Below are positions 1 to 8,531 of a DNA stretch of 51,688 nt, in pieces. Made by a program: the position numbers and the translations under genes. Below the pieces are notes generated by a model that was not told where the DNA came from, searched no databases, and saw only the letters and a program-made list of their open reading frames with translations. Position 1 is the stretch's first letter; each line of letters starts with the position of its first letter. The stretch comes from Candidatus Hodarchaeota archaeon. Lineage in GTDB: Archaea; Asgardarchaeota; Heimdallarchaeia; Hodarchaeales; Hodarchaeaceae. Where the stretch lies: positions 1 to 51,688 of the forward strand of contig JAEOTM010000137.1 of the NCBI GenBank assembly GCA_016839815.1. The letters run 5' to 3'.

Positions 1-533
1 CCTGTGGGTTCATCTGCAAGAATTATGGTTGGATCATTTGCTAGTGATCTTGCAATAGCCACTCGTTGCTGCTGGCCTCCACTCAATTCTGCTGGTTTAT
101 GATCAAGTCGAGATCCTAGTCCTACAAGACTTAATAGATCTGCTGCTTTCTTCCGTCGTTCTTCTCTTGGAGTCCCAGTGAAAATCATTGGTAATTCCAA
201 ATTCTCAAGAGCGGACAATACAGGCAGTAAGTTGTATGTTTGGAAAATATAGCCGATTTTTCTAGCCCGTAGCCAGGCAAGTTCATAAGCATCTAGTTTT
301 GAGATATCAACTTCATCAATGTAAATTTTTCCATTTTCAGGTTTATCTAATCCACCTATTACGTTAAATAGAGTTGTTTTTCCTGATCCTGAGGGACCCA
401 TTATGGATACGTATTCTCCCCTTTGAACACGCATAGTTACTCCTCGTAATGCTGGAACAGAGATAATTCCACCTTCTAAATAGTATGTCTTTTCAACATC
501 TCTGGTTTCTATTGTATATTCATAAAATGCCAT
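1..533 (-). CDS. ABC transporter ATP-binding protein, LolD/MacB family (3' end runs off the window)
   Basis: Not in the ORF track. Manual translation from ATG at 533: [18 protein letters not shown]...GPSGSGKTT (Walker A)...[10 protein letters not shown] (Q-loop)...[15 protein letters not shown] (signature)...ILADEPTG (Walker B). AGGTGA RBS at 538-543. Confidence 0.95.
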   Translation of the reverse strand, partial: MAFYEYTIETRDVEKTYYLEGGIISVPALRGVTMRVQRGEYVSIMGPSGSGKTTLFNVIGGLDKPENGKIYIDEVDISKLDAYELAWLRARKIGYIFQTYNLLPVLSALENLELPMIFTGTPREERRKKAADLLSLVGLGSRLDHKPAELSGGQQQRVAIARSLANDPTIILADEPT

Positions 534-542
534 AATTTCACC

Positions 543-1151
543 TCAGACCTCGTATCGTAACGCGTCGGCTGGATCGAGCTTAGCACCACGCCATATTGGA
601 TAAAAACTTGCCAGAATACTCGACAATGCTCCAAGAAATATTGATAATAACATAGCTGTAGGTATAAATGATATATCCGCTAATAGAGCATCAATTACTT
701 TATCTATACCAAAACGAATTGTGTAAATTAAACTCCCTGCTACTACTCCAAGGATCGAACCTAAAAATCCTCCAATTAAACCTAAAATCAATGATTCAAT
801 CAGAAACATTTTCAAGATATGATTAAAAGTTCCCCCTAGTGTTTTATATACCCCAATTTCTTTGGTTCTCTCGGTAACTGCCATTAACATCGAGTTTGTG
901 ATCCCCACGAGTGCCACAATCATAGATATCCCTGCCAGCCACCATGTATATTCGGCAATTGTCGAGCTTTCTTTTTCGATATAATTAAGGATCGTAGTCA
1001 TAGTTAAAAGTGCAGTTAAAAACGCAAGTCCGAGAATAATTCCAAACGACGTGATAAGACTTCTTGAGACACGCTTGGTAATATTTTCGATGGAAATCTT
1101 TAAAGCTTCTCTTAGAGGAAATTTACTGGCTGGACGTTTCTTTTTTGGCAT
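543..1151 (-). CDS. Minimal FtsX/MacB-family ABC permease (4 TM, no extracytoplasmic domain)
   Basis: NITKRVSRSLITSFGIILG (TM1), VGITNSMLMAVTERTKEIGVYKTLGG...FLIES, C-terminal YPIWRGAKLDPADALRYE. Start placed at ATG 1151 rather than 1193 to avoid overlap with the upstream gene. Confidence 0.9.
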   Translation of the reverse strand: MPKKKRPASKFPLREALKISIENITKRVSRSLITSFGIILGLAFLTALLTMTTILNYIEKESSTIAEYTWWLAGISMIVALVGITNSMLMAVTERTKEIGVYKTLGGTFNHILKMFLIESLILGLIGGFLGSILGVVAGSLIYTIRFGIDKVIDALLADISFIPTAMLLSIFLGALSSILASFYPIWRGAKLDPADALRYEV

Positions 1152-1171
1152 TTTACACAAACTCCAATATT

Positions 1172-1519
1172 TTATGTGACAAGAGTCTTCCAATCAATTT
1201 TATTTTTGACTATATCTGTCAGTTGAGCCTTTAGAGATATCTCTGCTTGTTTTTCTGTTAATCTAGTAGCGTTCCAAGTCACGAATGGTACATAAAATTC
1301 TGCACGATCAAATTTAATCTGTTTTTTGCCCTGATCTTCAACCTTTTTGAATAAAATAAACCCGAGTTCTCGAAGATAACAAGAATCGTTGGGACATAAG
1401 ATATCAATCTCATTCATTTCCTTTTTTAGGAAGAGAAGCTTATATTCAGCAGTATCAAGTATCTCGCGTCCACATGGGCACTGTATAGTATCTACTTCAG
1501 ATTGATCGGAGCTTTCCAT
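1172..1519 (-). CDS. Small hypothetical protein, probable Zn-ribbon
   Basis: 115 aa with CPCG and CPNDSC Cys pairs; co-directional with the permease and ATPase. Confidence 0.7.
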   Translation of the reverse strand: MESSDQSEVDTIQCPCGREILDTAEYKLLFLKKEMNEIDILCPNDSCYLRELGFILFKKVEDQGKKQIKFDRAEFYVPFVTWNATRLTEKQAEISLKAQLTDIVKNKIDWKTLVT

Positions 1520-1587
1520 ATCCCATCACACGTAATAGTATGTCAGATTAAGATATCATCTATTTTTTGAGTCTTTTTATCTTCTTT

Positions 1588-1603
1588 TTGATAATTTTAT
1601 CAA
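1588..1603. promoter_or_regulatory. 7-2-7 inverted repeat TTGATAA-TT-TTATCAA in a divergent promoter region, putative operator
   Basis: Perfect inverted repeat between divergent starts 1519(-) and 1682(+). AT-rich context makes a chance occurrence possible. Confidence 0.35.
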
Positions 1604-1681
1604 TAATTATAATACACTTATACTTCTGGTTGAAGTAGACAAGAAAAGTATTTAATGGGTCTTTTCTGGTGATATCGCGAA

Positions 1682-2638
1682 ATGGTAAATTCTGGCTGGG
1701 ATAAAATAATATTCGATGTACCTTATGATTGGCAACTAGCAATGAGCCAGAAAGAAACAGAGAAAGATAAAATTAAAGGCATGTTCACTTTCAAGGATCT
1801 AGATCAACTTCTCAGGATGAGTGTTAAATGGGAATCCGTGGTAAAAAAAGTTCCACAACCTCAAGTAATTGTGGATAGTTACTTGAAGAAATTGAAAAAG
1901 AAGTATGCTAAGAATCCAATTTCTATCCGATCACGTAAAAAGATCAAGATCGATGGCCATGATGCTGACTATTTATTATGGGAGAGTAAGAAGAAAAATG
2001 AACTAGCTGCTGTTGTTTCTTGGCTGTGTCCAGAGAGAGAACGGATTTATCTAAGCTTATGGCCGTTTAAAACTAATGAGGTCAAAGAATTAAAGAGTCA
2101 CATTCAACAAGTGATTGACTCAATAAAATGTCATGAATCTTGGGTCACTTGGCGTGGCCCTGGAATCACATTGCATGTACCAGATGAGTTGAAGTTAGTT
2201 GAGACTTCATTTGTTATTGGTACATCTTACATGAAATTTGTAAAGGGTGATACTTCAATTTTAATTGAACGATTTGGTCTCGCACAACAAAATTTAAGAA
2301 AGTATACCTCTATCGTTGATTTCTATAAAGACAAATATGTCCCTAAAATGACCAAAAGAATTAAGGGATTCAATTTTAAGGATCCCAAGCGATATATCTC
2401 ACGAAGAAAATCAATAGAGGAAGTATGGAGGATAAAATCCCAATTACGTATGGGAAAACTCCTTTTGAAACAGAAACTGGTTCTTTTACAATATTTCTGG
2501 GTTGATACAGAAAAAAATGCCATGTTTTTTGCCACTTTACTGGTAGGATCAGTTAATGAAACAATTAGTGATTATTATCCCAAGAGAATTTTTGGTACCA
2601 TTCTTAAACAGCTATTTAAACCTGATATCAAGCCTTGA
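1682..2638 (+). CDS. Lys-rich soluble hypothetical protein, possibly two tandem PsbP/Mog1-like alpha/beta domains
   Basis: 318-aa ORF with no TM or signal. Internal similarity between WDKIIFDVPYDWQL and WRGPGITLHVPDELKL. The fold is a guess. Confidence 0.7.
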   Translation: MVNSGWDKIIFDVPYDWQLAMSQKETEKDKIKGMFTFKDLDQLLRMSVKWESVVKKVPQPQVIVDSYLKKLKKKYAKNPISIRSRKKIKIDGHDADYLLWESKKKNELAAVVSWLCPERERIYLSLWPFKTNEVKELKSHIQQVIDSIKCHESWVTWRGPGITLHVPDELKLVETSFVIGTSYMKFVKGDTSILIERFGLAQQNLRKYTSIVDFYKDKYVPKMTKRIKGFNFKDPKRYISRRKSIEEVWRIKSQLRMGKLLLKQKLVLLQYFWVDTEKNAMFFATLLVGSVNETISDYYPKRIFGTILKQLFKPDIKP

Positions 2639-2872
2639 AGCTTCACTATATATTTCATCTAGAAATCTCTTTTCAAATTACATCTCAACTCTAATTTTTT
2701 TAGTAATACTCGTTTAGAAGAGTGTCGTTATTTCTTTCTCCAAATATGATTATCGTAGTATATTTTCGAGAGCAAAAAATTATAAACTGAATATCATTAA
2801 GCAGTTCTAATATTATCAACAAACTAGGAAACTTCTTTTCCTGTCTTAAGCAACGTCGAGGTGTAATGATAC

Positions 2873-5800
2873 TTGTCCCTGAATAAGAGTTCATTAGCTA
2901 TTGCTGCTTTATTCATTATAATGTTTGCTCTCAGTAGTTTTGAGCAAGTAGAATCTTTGAATCAAGGAATTAATGTTGGAAAATTAAATGATTCAGACAT
3001 CTTTGGTCAAAAAAGAGCAAGACATATACAAGCTTCAAGTACAGATACGAGTGATACATTCGATAGTGTATTGGTTTCTCCAACAAGTAGAAATAATATT
3101 GAGGAACACATCGATGCCCTTACATTCGAAGGTAGAAACTATCAGGGAAGTAGGATTACTGGATATGGAAAAGGATTGGATCAAGCAACATCTGATCCTG
3201 ATGACATGAATGATTATTATGATGCAGTTGCTTACATCAATGAATCATTACATACCCTACCAGGAATGGAAGTAATTTTTCATGAATTTCCAGTTACTGT
3301 AGCAATTGATAGAGGATCGTGGTTGGGTGTTTATGATTCCTCAAATGTAATAGTAGATAATATCACAGTACATGCTTTAGAAACAAATGGGGTGAATCCT
3401 TCTACAGCAGACATACAAGATCGTGATATGTATTATGTTGAAGAGGGACTAGTTAGTTCTTACCCTATGGAAGATGTCAAATCCTCCATAATTGCCATGG
3501 ATATGGACTCGGAAGCTCGTTGGAAAGTAGCGATGAGTTTTGGGGCGGATGCTATTATGTTTATCGAGCCCGAAATCAATATGAGTAAAGGAATTCTTGA
3601 CGATAAATCCACTGGAATTCCATTAAACGTCCCACGAGTAATGATTAAACGAAATGATTGGTTAGGAGTAGAACCACTCCTCGAAACTCATTCTTTCCGA
3701 CTTAAAGTTAATATGCATTGGGAGCAACGAACAGGAATAAATGTACTTGGGGTATTAAATGTAACTCAAAGAATCGATCCTGCTGACCTTGATGCAATAG
3801 AAGAAAGCAAAGTGGGACTTTTATTGTCAAGTCACTTTGATACATGGTCTACTGTTCCTTCTCTAGCTCCGGGCGCAAGTGATGTTGGTGGTATTGCTAC
3901 CTTACTTGAGTTAGCACGAATTTATGCAGTTAAAGCAACTCAAGATAAAGTAAAAAGGAATCTTTTCTTTTTAGCATTATCAGGCCATTATCAATCTCTT
4001 GCAGGGTCAAGAGCGTTCGTTGAAGATTATATATTTGCAAATGATAATATCAAATCTTCCGATCAAGGAACACGTCATCCTCTTGCCGAAGAAATGTGGT
4101 TTGGAGTGAATCTTGATTTAACTGGAGATTATCATATTGCATCTCCGTTCGCTTATGGGTATTACTACTCTCAGTTTCTACCATATCTAACTGCAGCCGT
4201 TAGAAATCCTGCTGATATGGTACGACAAAGATGGGCTGAATTCCTTGGTAATTGGACTACTTTCTCCGCTGATGGAGTCTCAGCTGAAGCTTACGCATTC
4301 CTTACTACAGAACTGCTAAGTTCTACTAGGGGAACCATGGATGCGGATCATTTTCAGGATTATATGACATATTATTATTGGCTTGATTCAGAGCCATTTT
4401 ATGTTAGTGGAACGACCAGCGTAACATTAAAGACCATTTTCTCCGCAAATTTATATAGAGATTCTCCTGATGATGTTCCACTCTCCTATGGTGGGATGAC
4501 ACAGTATTTGGCAAACCTTATTCCTCAGGTAGCCATAGCGAATTATCTCATTGATCAGACTATAGATCAATTTTTCTATGAGGAGATTGACGAAGGTACT
4601 AAAGAACTTAATCAATATTTAGTGCATGAAGCCTATCGACAAGGTGCCCCTTGGGCAGAATTTTCCAAATTATATGGTCGGGTTGTGCTTCATCCACAAG
4701 CAGAGCAAGATACTTTAAATATTAATTCTACTTGGGTTAACACTAATATTTCTAAATCTGAAGGTCGACGTTTCGAACGATCAGTCCTGTCAGGGACAGA
4801 GGGACATTTCTTGGTTCAAGCTGTCCACCAAAGTGGTGTAACTTGGGGTGTCAATGAAATTATTATGGCAGATGACGCCACAGGATTTTTCGATCTTACA
4901 GGTCTTCACAACAATAACATGGGAGGCCTAGCTTCTGGAGGTTCTTACACTATTGCCGTGTATTTTGTATCCACTGATGGACGGGTATTATATGTTACAG
5001 ATTATGGTAATTTTGGCACACCCTCATCTATTACTGTTAATCAAGCAGTGTTAGGCGATCCTCGGTTAAAATCTGCCCATAGACAACCTGGACAGGAAAG
5101 AATTGACTATGCAGTATTCGAATGTGCAAGCCTAGGTGTCTTCAATTTATTAAATAGCCGTAATCTCCTAGATCCACAAAGTGAACTTACTGTAAACCGA
5201 CAAGCTGATAGATTGTCATTTACTCAAGGTTTCAACTTTGACGGAATTGAAGTAGGAAGTGGTGCTCATCCTCAGCGTTATTTTGCTTCTTTTGATGCCT
5301 ATGGAAATGCCATACTTTTTACTCAAGAAAACAAACCAATTCGAATAAGAGTCTTTGTGGGAGGTGGACATCCTGTTGCAGTTCTTACAAACTCTACAGA
5401 AACAAACATCGACGGATTTGGATATCAGTCTAAGGCAGGGATTACTACAATCATTGAGCATGCAATGTTTCAATCAGCTAAAGATTTTTGGTATATTACT
5501 GACAAAAGACTTACCCAGATGAAAGAATTTAATGTTTTTAGTCCTACTGCTGATCAAGCTCATAATCGGGCAACAGACCTAATTTCTGTAGCGGAAGAAG
5601 CGCTAAATGTATTCGATTATGATACTTATTATTCTGCTTGTTTAAATGCGTTCTCCTTAGAAAGAGAAGCATATTCAGCAACTCGCTCTACAATGTTAAG
5701 TGTAATTCAGAGTACTATATTCTTCTTTATATTATTACTGCCTTTTGCATTTATTTTTGAGCGGATGGTCTTTGATTTCAGTGGTCTAAAGCGAATTATT

Positions 5801-7804
5801 GCTTTAGTGGGAATCTTTCTTGCTTTTAATCTTCTAATTTACTTCTTCCAACCAGGGTATCATCTAGCAAGTAATGTAATTATGGTAGGGATAGGTTTCA
5901 TAATGATTGTTCTCAGTGTCCCCGTAGTGATCATATTAGCGAATGATGCTTATACCTACTTACAGGAATTTCGTAAAAAAGTTGTTGGAGAGCATTTTGC
6001 GGAATTTGGTCGAGTTGAGGCTGGACTTGTCTCTTTTGGAGTAGCAGTGTCAAATTTGAGGAAACGTCGATTTTCCACTGCATTAACAATTGCATCTATC
6101 ACACTCATTACATTTAGTTTAGTAAGTTTCGTTTCTGTATCATCTGCTGCGGAATTACAGGCATCTCCAAGTCAAGGAGACTACATTGGGTATAATGGGA
6201 TATTAATGCAGCGAATCGGGGATGGAAGACAGAAATTATCCATCGATCTTGTGGATTATGTTACAGAACGACTTTCAAATGAATTTGAGAATATTACGAT
6301 AACTTCCCGAATCTGGTCTGATCCTCTTCAAGGATCTAATTGGTATATTCTCTCAGAATATGAGGGTAAATTTTCTAAAGGTGACGTTGGAGCATTCCTA
6401 GGTCTTCAACCTCAAGAAAATGAGTTTTTAGATTATAGATCTATCTTAATTGGGGATTGGTTTACTGAAGATTCTTACGAAGAAGTAATCCTACCCACAT
6501 ACATTGCAGGAAAATTAATCTCTGGAAATGTGTCACAATTATTAGGCCAACAGATTCACATACGTGGTGTAGATTTAAAGGTTGTGGGGTTACTGAATAC
6601 ATCTAAAACTATTAGTTCAACCAATAAAACATTTGATCAAATCACACGAACCTTAGATCAAGAGGATGTGTCCCCTATCTCAGATAAGGGGAATCATTTC
6701 AGTCTTGATGAAACTGCGATTATTCCGTTTAAACTTGCTGCAGATAATCCTTGGGGCTCTTATCGAAAGGGAATTTACTTATCACTTGCTCAAATAGCGA
6801 TTAAATTTAATGAGGTTCTCGACTGGGATACTCTCCAAGCTAAAGCGGTTGACTTAAGAAAATCACTACCATCACTAGATATTTATATTGGATTACGAAA
6901 ACCCACCTCTAAAAATCCATTTGCAGGGCAATTTGCTGAATATAGGAAAGGACAATCCTTCCAGCTTATTGGGATTGAGACATTAATCATTCCTGTTATA
7001 ATTGCTGTTTCAGTTGTAGCTGGAACAGTTCTATCGGCTGTCCAACAACAACTTAAAGAAATAAGTGTATATAATGCACTTGGATTATCACCAGAAAATA
7101 TCGGATGGATGTATCTGGCTCAATCTCTCGTGTACGGACTTATGGGTGGAGTTCTTGGCTATTCTTTCGGAATGGTTATTTTAGCATTCTTAGAAGCATT
7201 TTCACTCCTTCCTGCAAGTTTTGTCCCGAATTATACAGGCCTTGCAGTGATTCTAGCTATTGGATTAAGTATTGCCTCGGTTGTTGTCGCTAGCATCTAT
7301 CCTATTAGACAAGCAGTATTGTTTTCATTACCAAGTCATCAACGAAAGTGGGAAATCCCATCAAAACCAGAATTAGATTCATGGAACATACCTTTTCCTT
7401 TTTCAACAGCCTCTTTAGATGAAGCACTAGGTGTTTTACACTACCTATTCGAGTTTTTTGAATCTCACAGAAGTGAAGGAATTGGATCCTTTGCAGTTTT
7501 GGAGGCAAAAATAGATGCCTCTGATAAAAACAAGGTCCAATTCATAGGGAAAATGCGATTAGCTCCTTGGAATTGGGGACTTCTCCAAGAATATAATTTT
7601 CTGACCTACTATGACTCAGAAGAGGAAAAATATCTGTTCGAATTGAGTGTTACAAGAATATCTGGTGATAGAGCTAAGTGGGAAAAAGTTAACGGCCGTA
7701 AATTCTTCAGGGATATTAGAAAACAGCTCTTATTATGGAGAGGATTAGATCTAGATAAGAGAGGTTCTCATATTGAACAAGGTAAGAAACTGGCTAATCT
7801 TTGA
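2873..7804 (+). CDS. Giant membrane protein: signal peptide + PA/M28 peptidase-like domain (degenerate) + beta-rich and helical extracellular region + 3 TM + MacB/FtsX permease + C-terminal soluble domain
   Basis: SSHFDT, APGASD, LLELAR, LFFLALSGHYQSLAGS, VNLD (M28 fold); NLRKRRFSTALT (MacB TM1); LIGDWF...EVILP...VVGLL (MacB periplasmic core); KEISVYNALGLSP and SIYPIRQA (FtsX). TTG start with GAGGTG upstream. Confidence 0.88.
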   Translation: MSLNKSSLAIAALFIIMFALSSFEQVESLNQGINVGKLNDSDIFGQKRARHIQASSTDTSDTFDSVLVSPTSRNNIEEHIDALTFEGRNYQGSRITGYGKGLDQATSDPDDMNDYYDAVAYINESLHTLPGMEVIFHEFPVTVAIDRGSWLGVYDSSNVIVDNITVHALETNGVNPSTADIQDRDMYYVEEGLVSSYPMEDVKSSIIAMDMDSEARWKVAMSFGADAIMFIEPEINMSKGILDDKSTGIPLNVPRVMIKRNDWLGVEPLLETHSFRLKVNMHWEQRTGINVLGVLNVTQRIDPADLDAIEESKVGLLLSSHFDTWSTVPSLAPGASDVGGIATLLELARIYAVKATQDKVKRNLFFLALSGHYQSLAGSRAFVEDYIFANDNIKSSDQGTRHPLAEEMWFGVNLDLTGDYHIASPFAYGYYYSQFLPYLTAAVRNPADMVRQRWAEFLGNWTTFSADGVSAEAYAFLTTELLSSTRGTMDADHFQDYMTYYYWLDSEPFYVSGTTSVTLKTIFSANLYRDSPDDVPLSYGGMTQYLANLIPQVAIANYLIDQTIDQFFYEEIDEGTKELNQYLVHEAYRQGAPWAEFSKLYGRVVLHPQAEQDTLNINSTWVNTNISKSEGRRFERSVLSGTEGHFLVQAVHQSGVTWGVNEIIMADDATGFFDLTGLHNNNMGGLASGGSYTIAVYFVSTDGRVLYVTDYGNFGTPSSITVNQAVLGDPRLKSAHRQPGQERIDYAVFECASLGVFNLLNSRNLLDPQSELTVNRQADRLSFTQGFNFDGIEVGSGAHPQRYFASFDAYGNAILFTQENKPIRIRVFVGGGHPVAVLTNSTETNIDGFGYQSKAGITTIIEHAMFQSAKDFWYITDKRLTQMKEFNVFSPTADQAHNRATDLISVAEEALNVFDYDTYYSACLNAFSLEREAYSATRSTMLSVIQSTIFFFILLLPFAFIFERMVFDFSGLKRIIALVGIFLAFNLLIYFFQPGYHLASNVIMVGIGFIMIVLSVPVVIILANDAYTYLQEFRKKVVGEHFAEFGRVEAGLVSFGVAVSNLRKRRFSTALTIASITLITFSLVSFVSVSSAAELQASPSQGDYIGYNGILMQRIGDGRQKLSIDLVDYVTERLSNEFENITITSRIWSDPLQGSNWYILSEYEGKFSKGDVGAFLGLQPQENEFLDYRSILIGDWFTEDSYEEVILPTYIAGKLISGNVSQLLGQQIHIRGVDLKVVGLLNTSKTISSTNKTFDQITRTLDQEDVSPISDKGNHFSLDETAIIPFKLAADNPWGSYRKGIYLSLAQIAIKFNEVLDWDTLQAKAVDLRKSLPSLDIYIGLRKPTSKNPFAGQFAEYRKGQSFQLIGIETLIIPVIIAVSVVAGTVLSAVQQQLKEISVYNALGLSPENIGWMYLAQSLVYGLMGGVLGYSFGMVILAFLEAFSLLPASFVPNYTGLAVILAIGLSIASVVVASIYPIRQAVLFSLPSHQRKWEIPSKPELDSWNIPFPFSTASLDEALGVLHYLFEFFESHRSEGIGSFAVLEAKIDASDKNKVQFIGKMRLAPWNWGLLQEYNFLTYYDSEEEKYLFELSVTRISGDRAKWEKVNGRKFFRDIRKQLLLWRGLDLDKRGSHIEQGKKLANL

Positions 7805-7826
7805 CTTTAAATAAATGTGAATACTG

Positions 7827-8531
7827 ATGACAACTTCAACAGTTCAACCCCGACATGCACCAGCCATTGTGAAGGCTATAGACGGTCTGGGTTATTTGAA
7901 AACTTGGCATCAGGCTCGAGGATCTTTTTCAATAGGACTGAAAGATCTTCCAGGAAATTTTCTGAATTTACTGGTAATTTCGAAGAAAAAAATTGGATTT
8001 GCGGAAAATTTATGGCATTTTTCCGCAACTTTGCCTATAGTAGACGTTCAAAAAATGACTGAAAACCCAGAACGGGGCATCGCATTATTTCATCGATTGA
8101 AAGGTGAGGAGTGCGTTCTTACATGGAATGGTGTTTTCAATAGAAAGCCTAGCTGGAAGAAAAATCCTCAGCTCAGTGACTTATTTCAAACGTCAGTAAT
8201 CAACCTCCCTACAACCCTGATGAATCGAATTAATGAGTTAGATACCATTGAGGAGCAGATAAGGGAACTAAAACCCGAAAAAATTCTAATCAGTATATCA
8301 GGTGGAGTTATCCCCCCACCCACAGGGGGTGTGAAGAGGGCCTATTATGTTACTAAACAGCGGGAAATTTTTGAAAAACCGCTCGAATGCGCATGGTACA
8401 CTGTTCTTACCCAACAGTTCTATTTAACTCGAAAAATATCTGAAAAATTGGAAAGAATTCTTCTTCTACTAAATAAATTACTTGAAATTCAGAACTTCAT
8501 TACCAATATTACTGTCCAAGAGTTGATGTAA
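7827..8531 (+). CDS. Soluble hypothetical protein
   Basis: 234-aa ORF tightly packed in the operon (22 bp after the previous stop; next gene starts immediately after its TAA). No recognisable motif. Confidence 0.7.
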   Translation: MTTSTVQPRHAPAIVKAIDGLGYLKTWHQARGSFSIGLKDLPGNFLNLLVISKKKIGFAENLWHFSATLPIVDVQKMTENPERGIALFHRLKGEECVLTWNGVFNRKPSWKKNPQLSDLFQTSVINLPTTLMNRINELDTIEEQIRELKPEKILISISGGVIPPPTGGVKRAYYVTKQREIFEKPLECAWYTVLTQQFYLTRKISEKLERILLLLNKLLEIQNFITNITVQELM

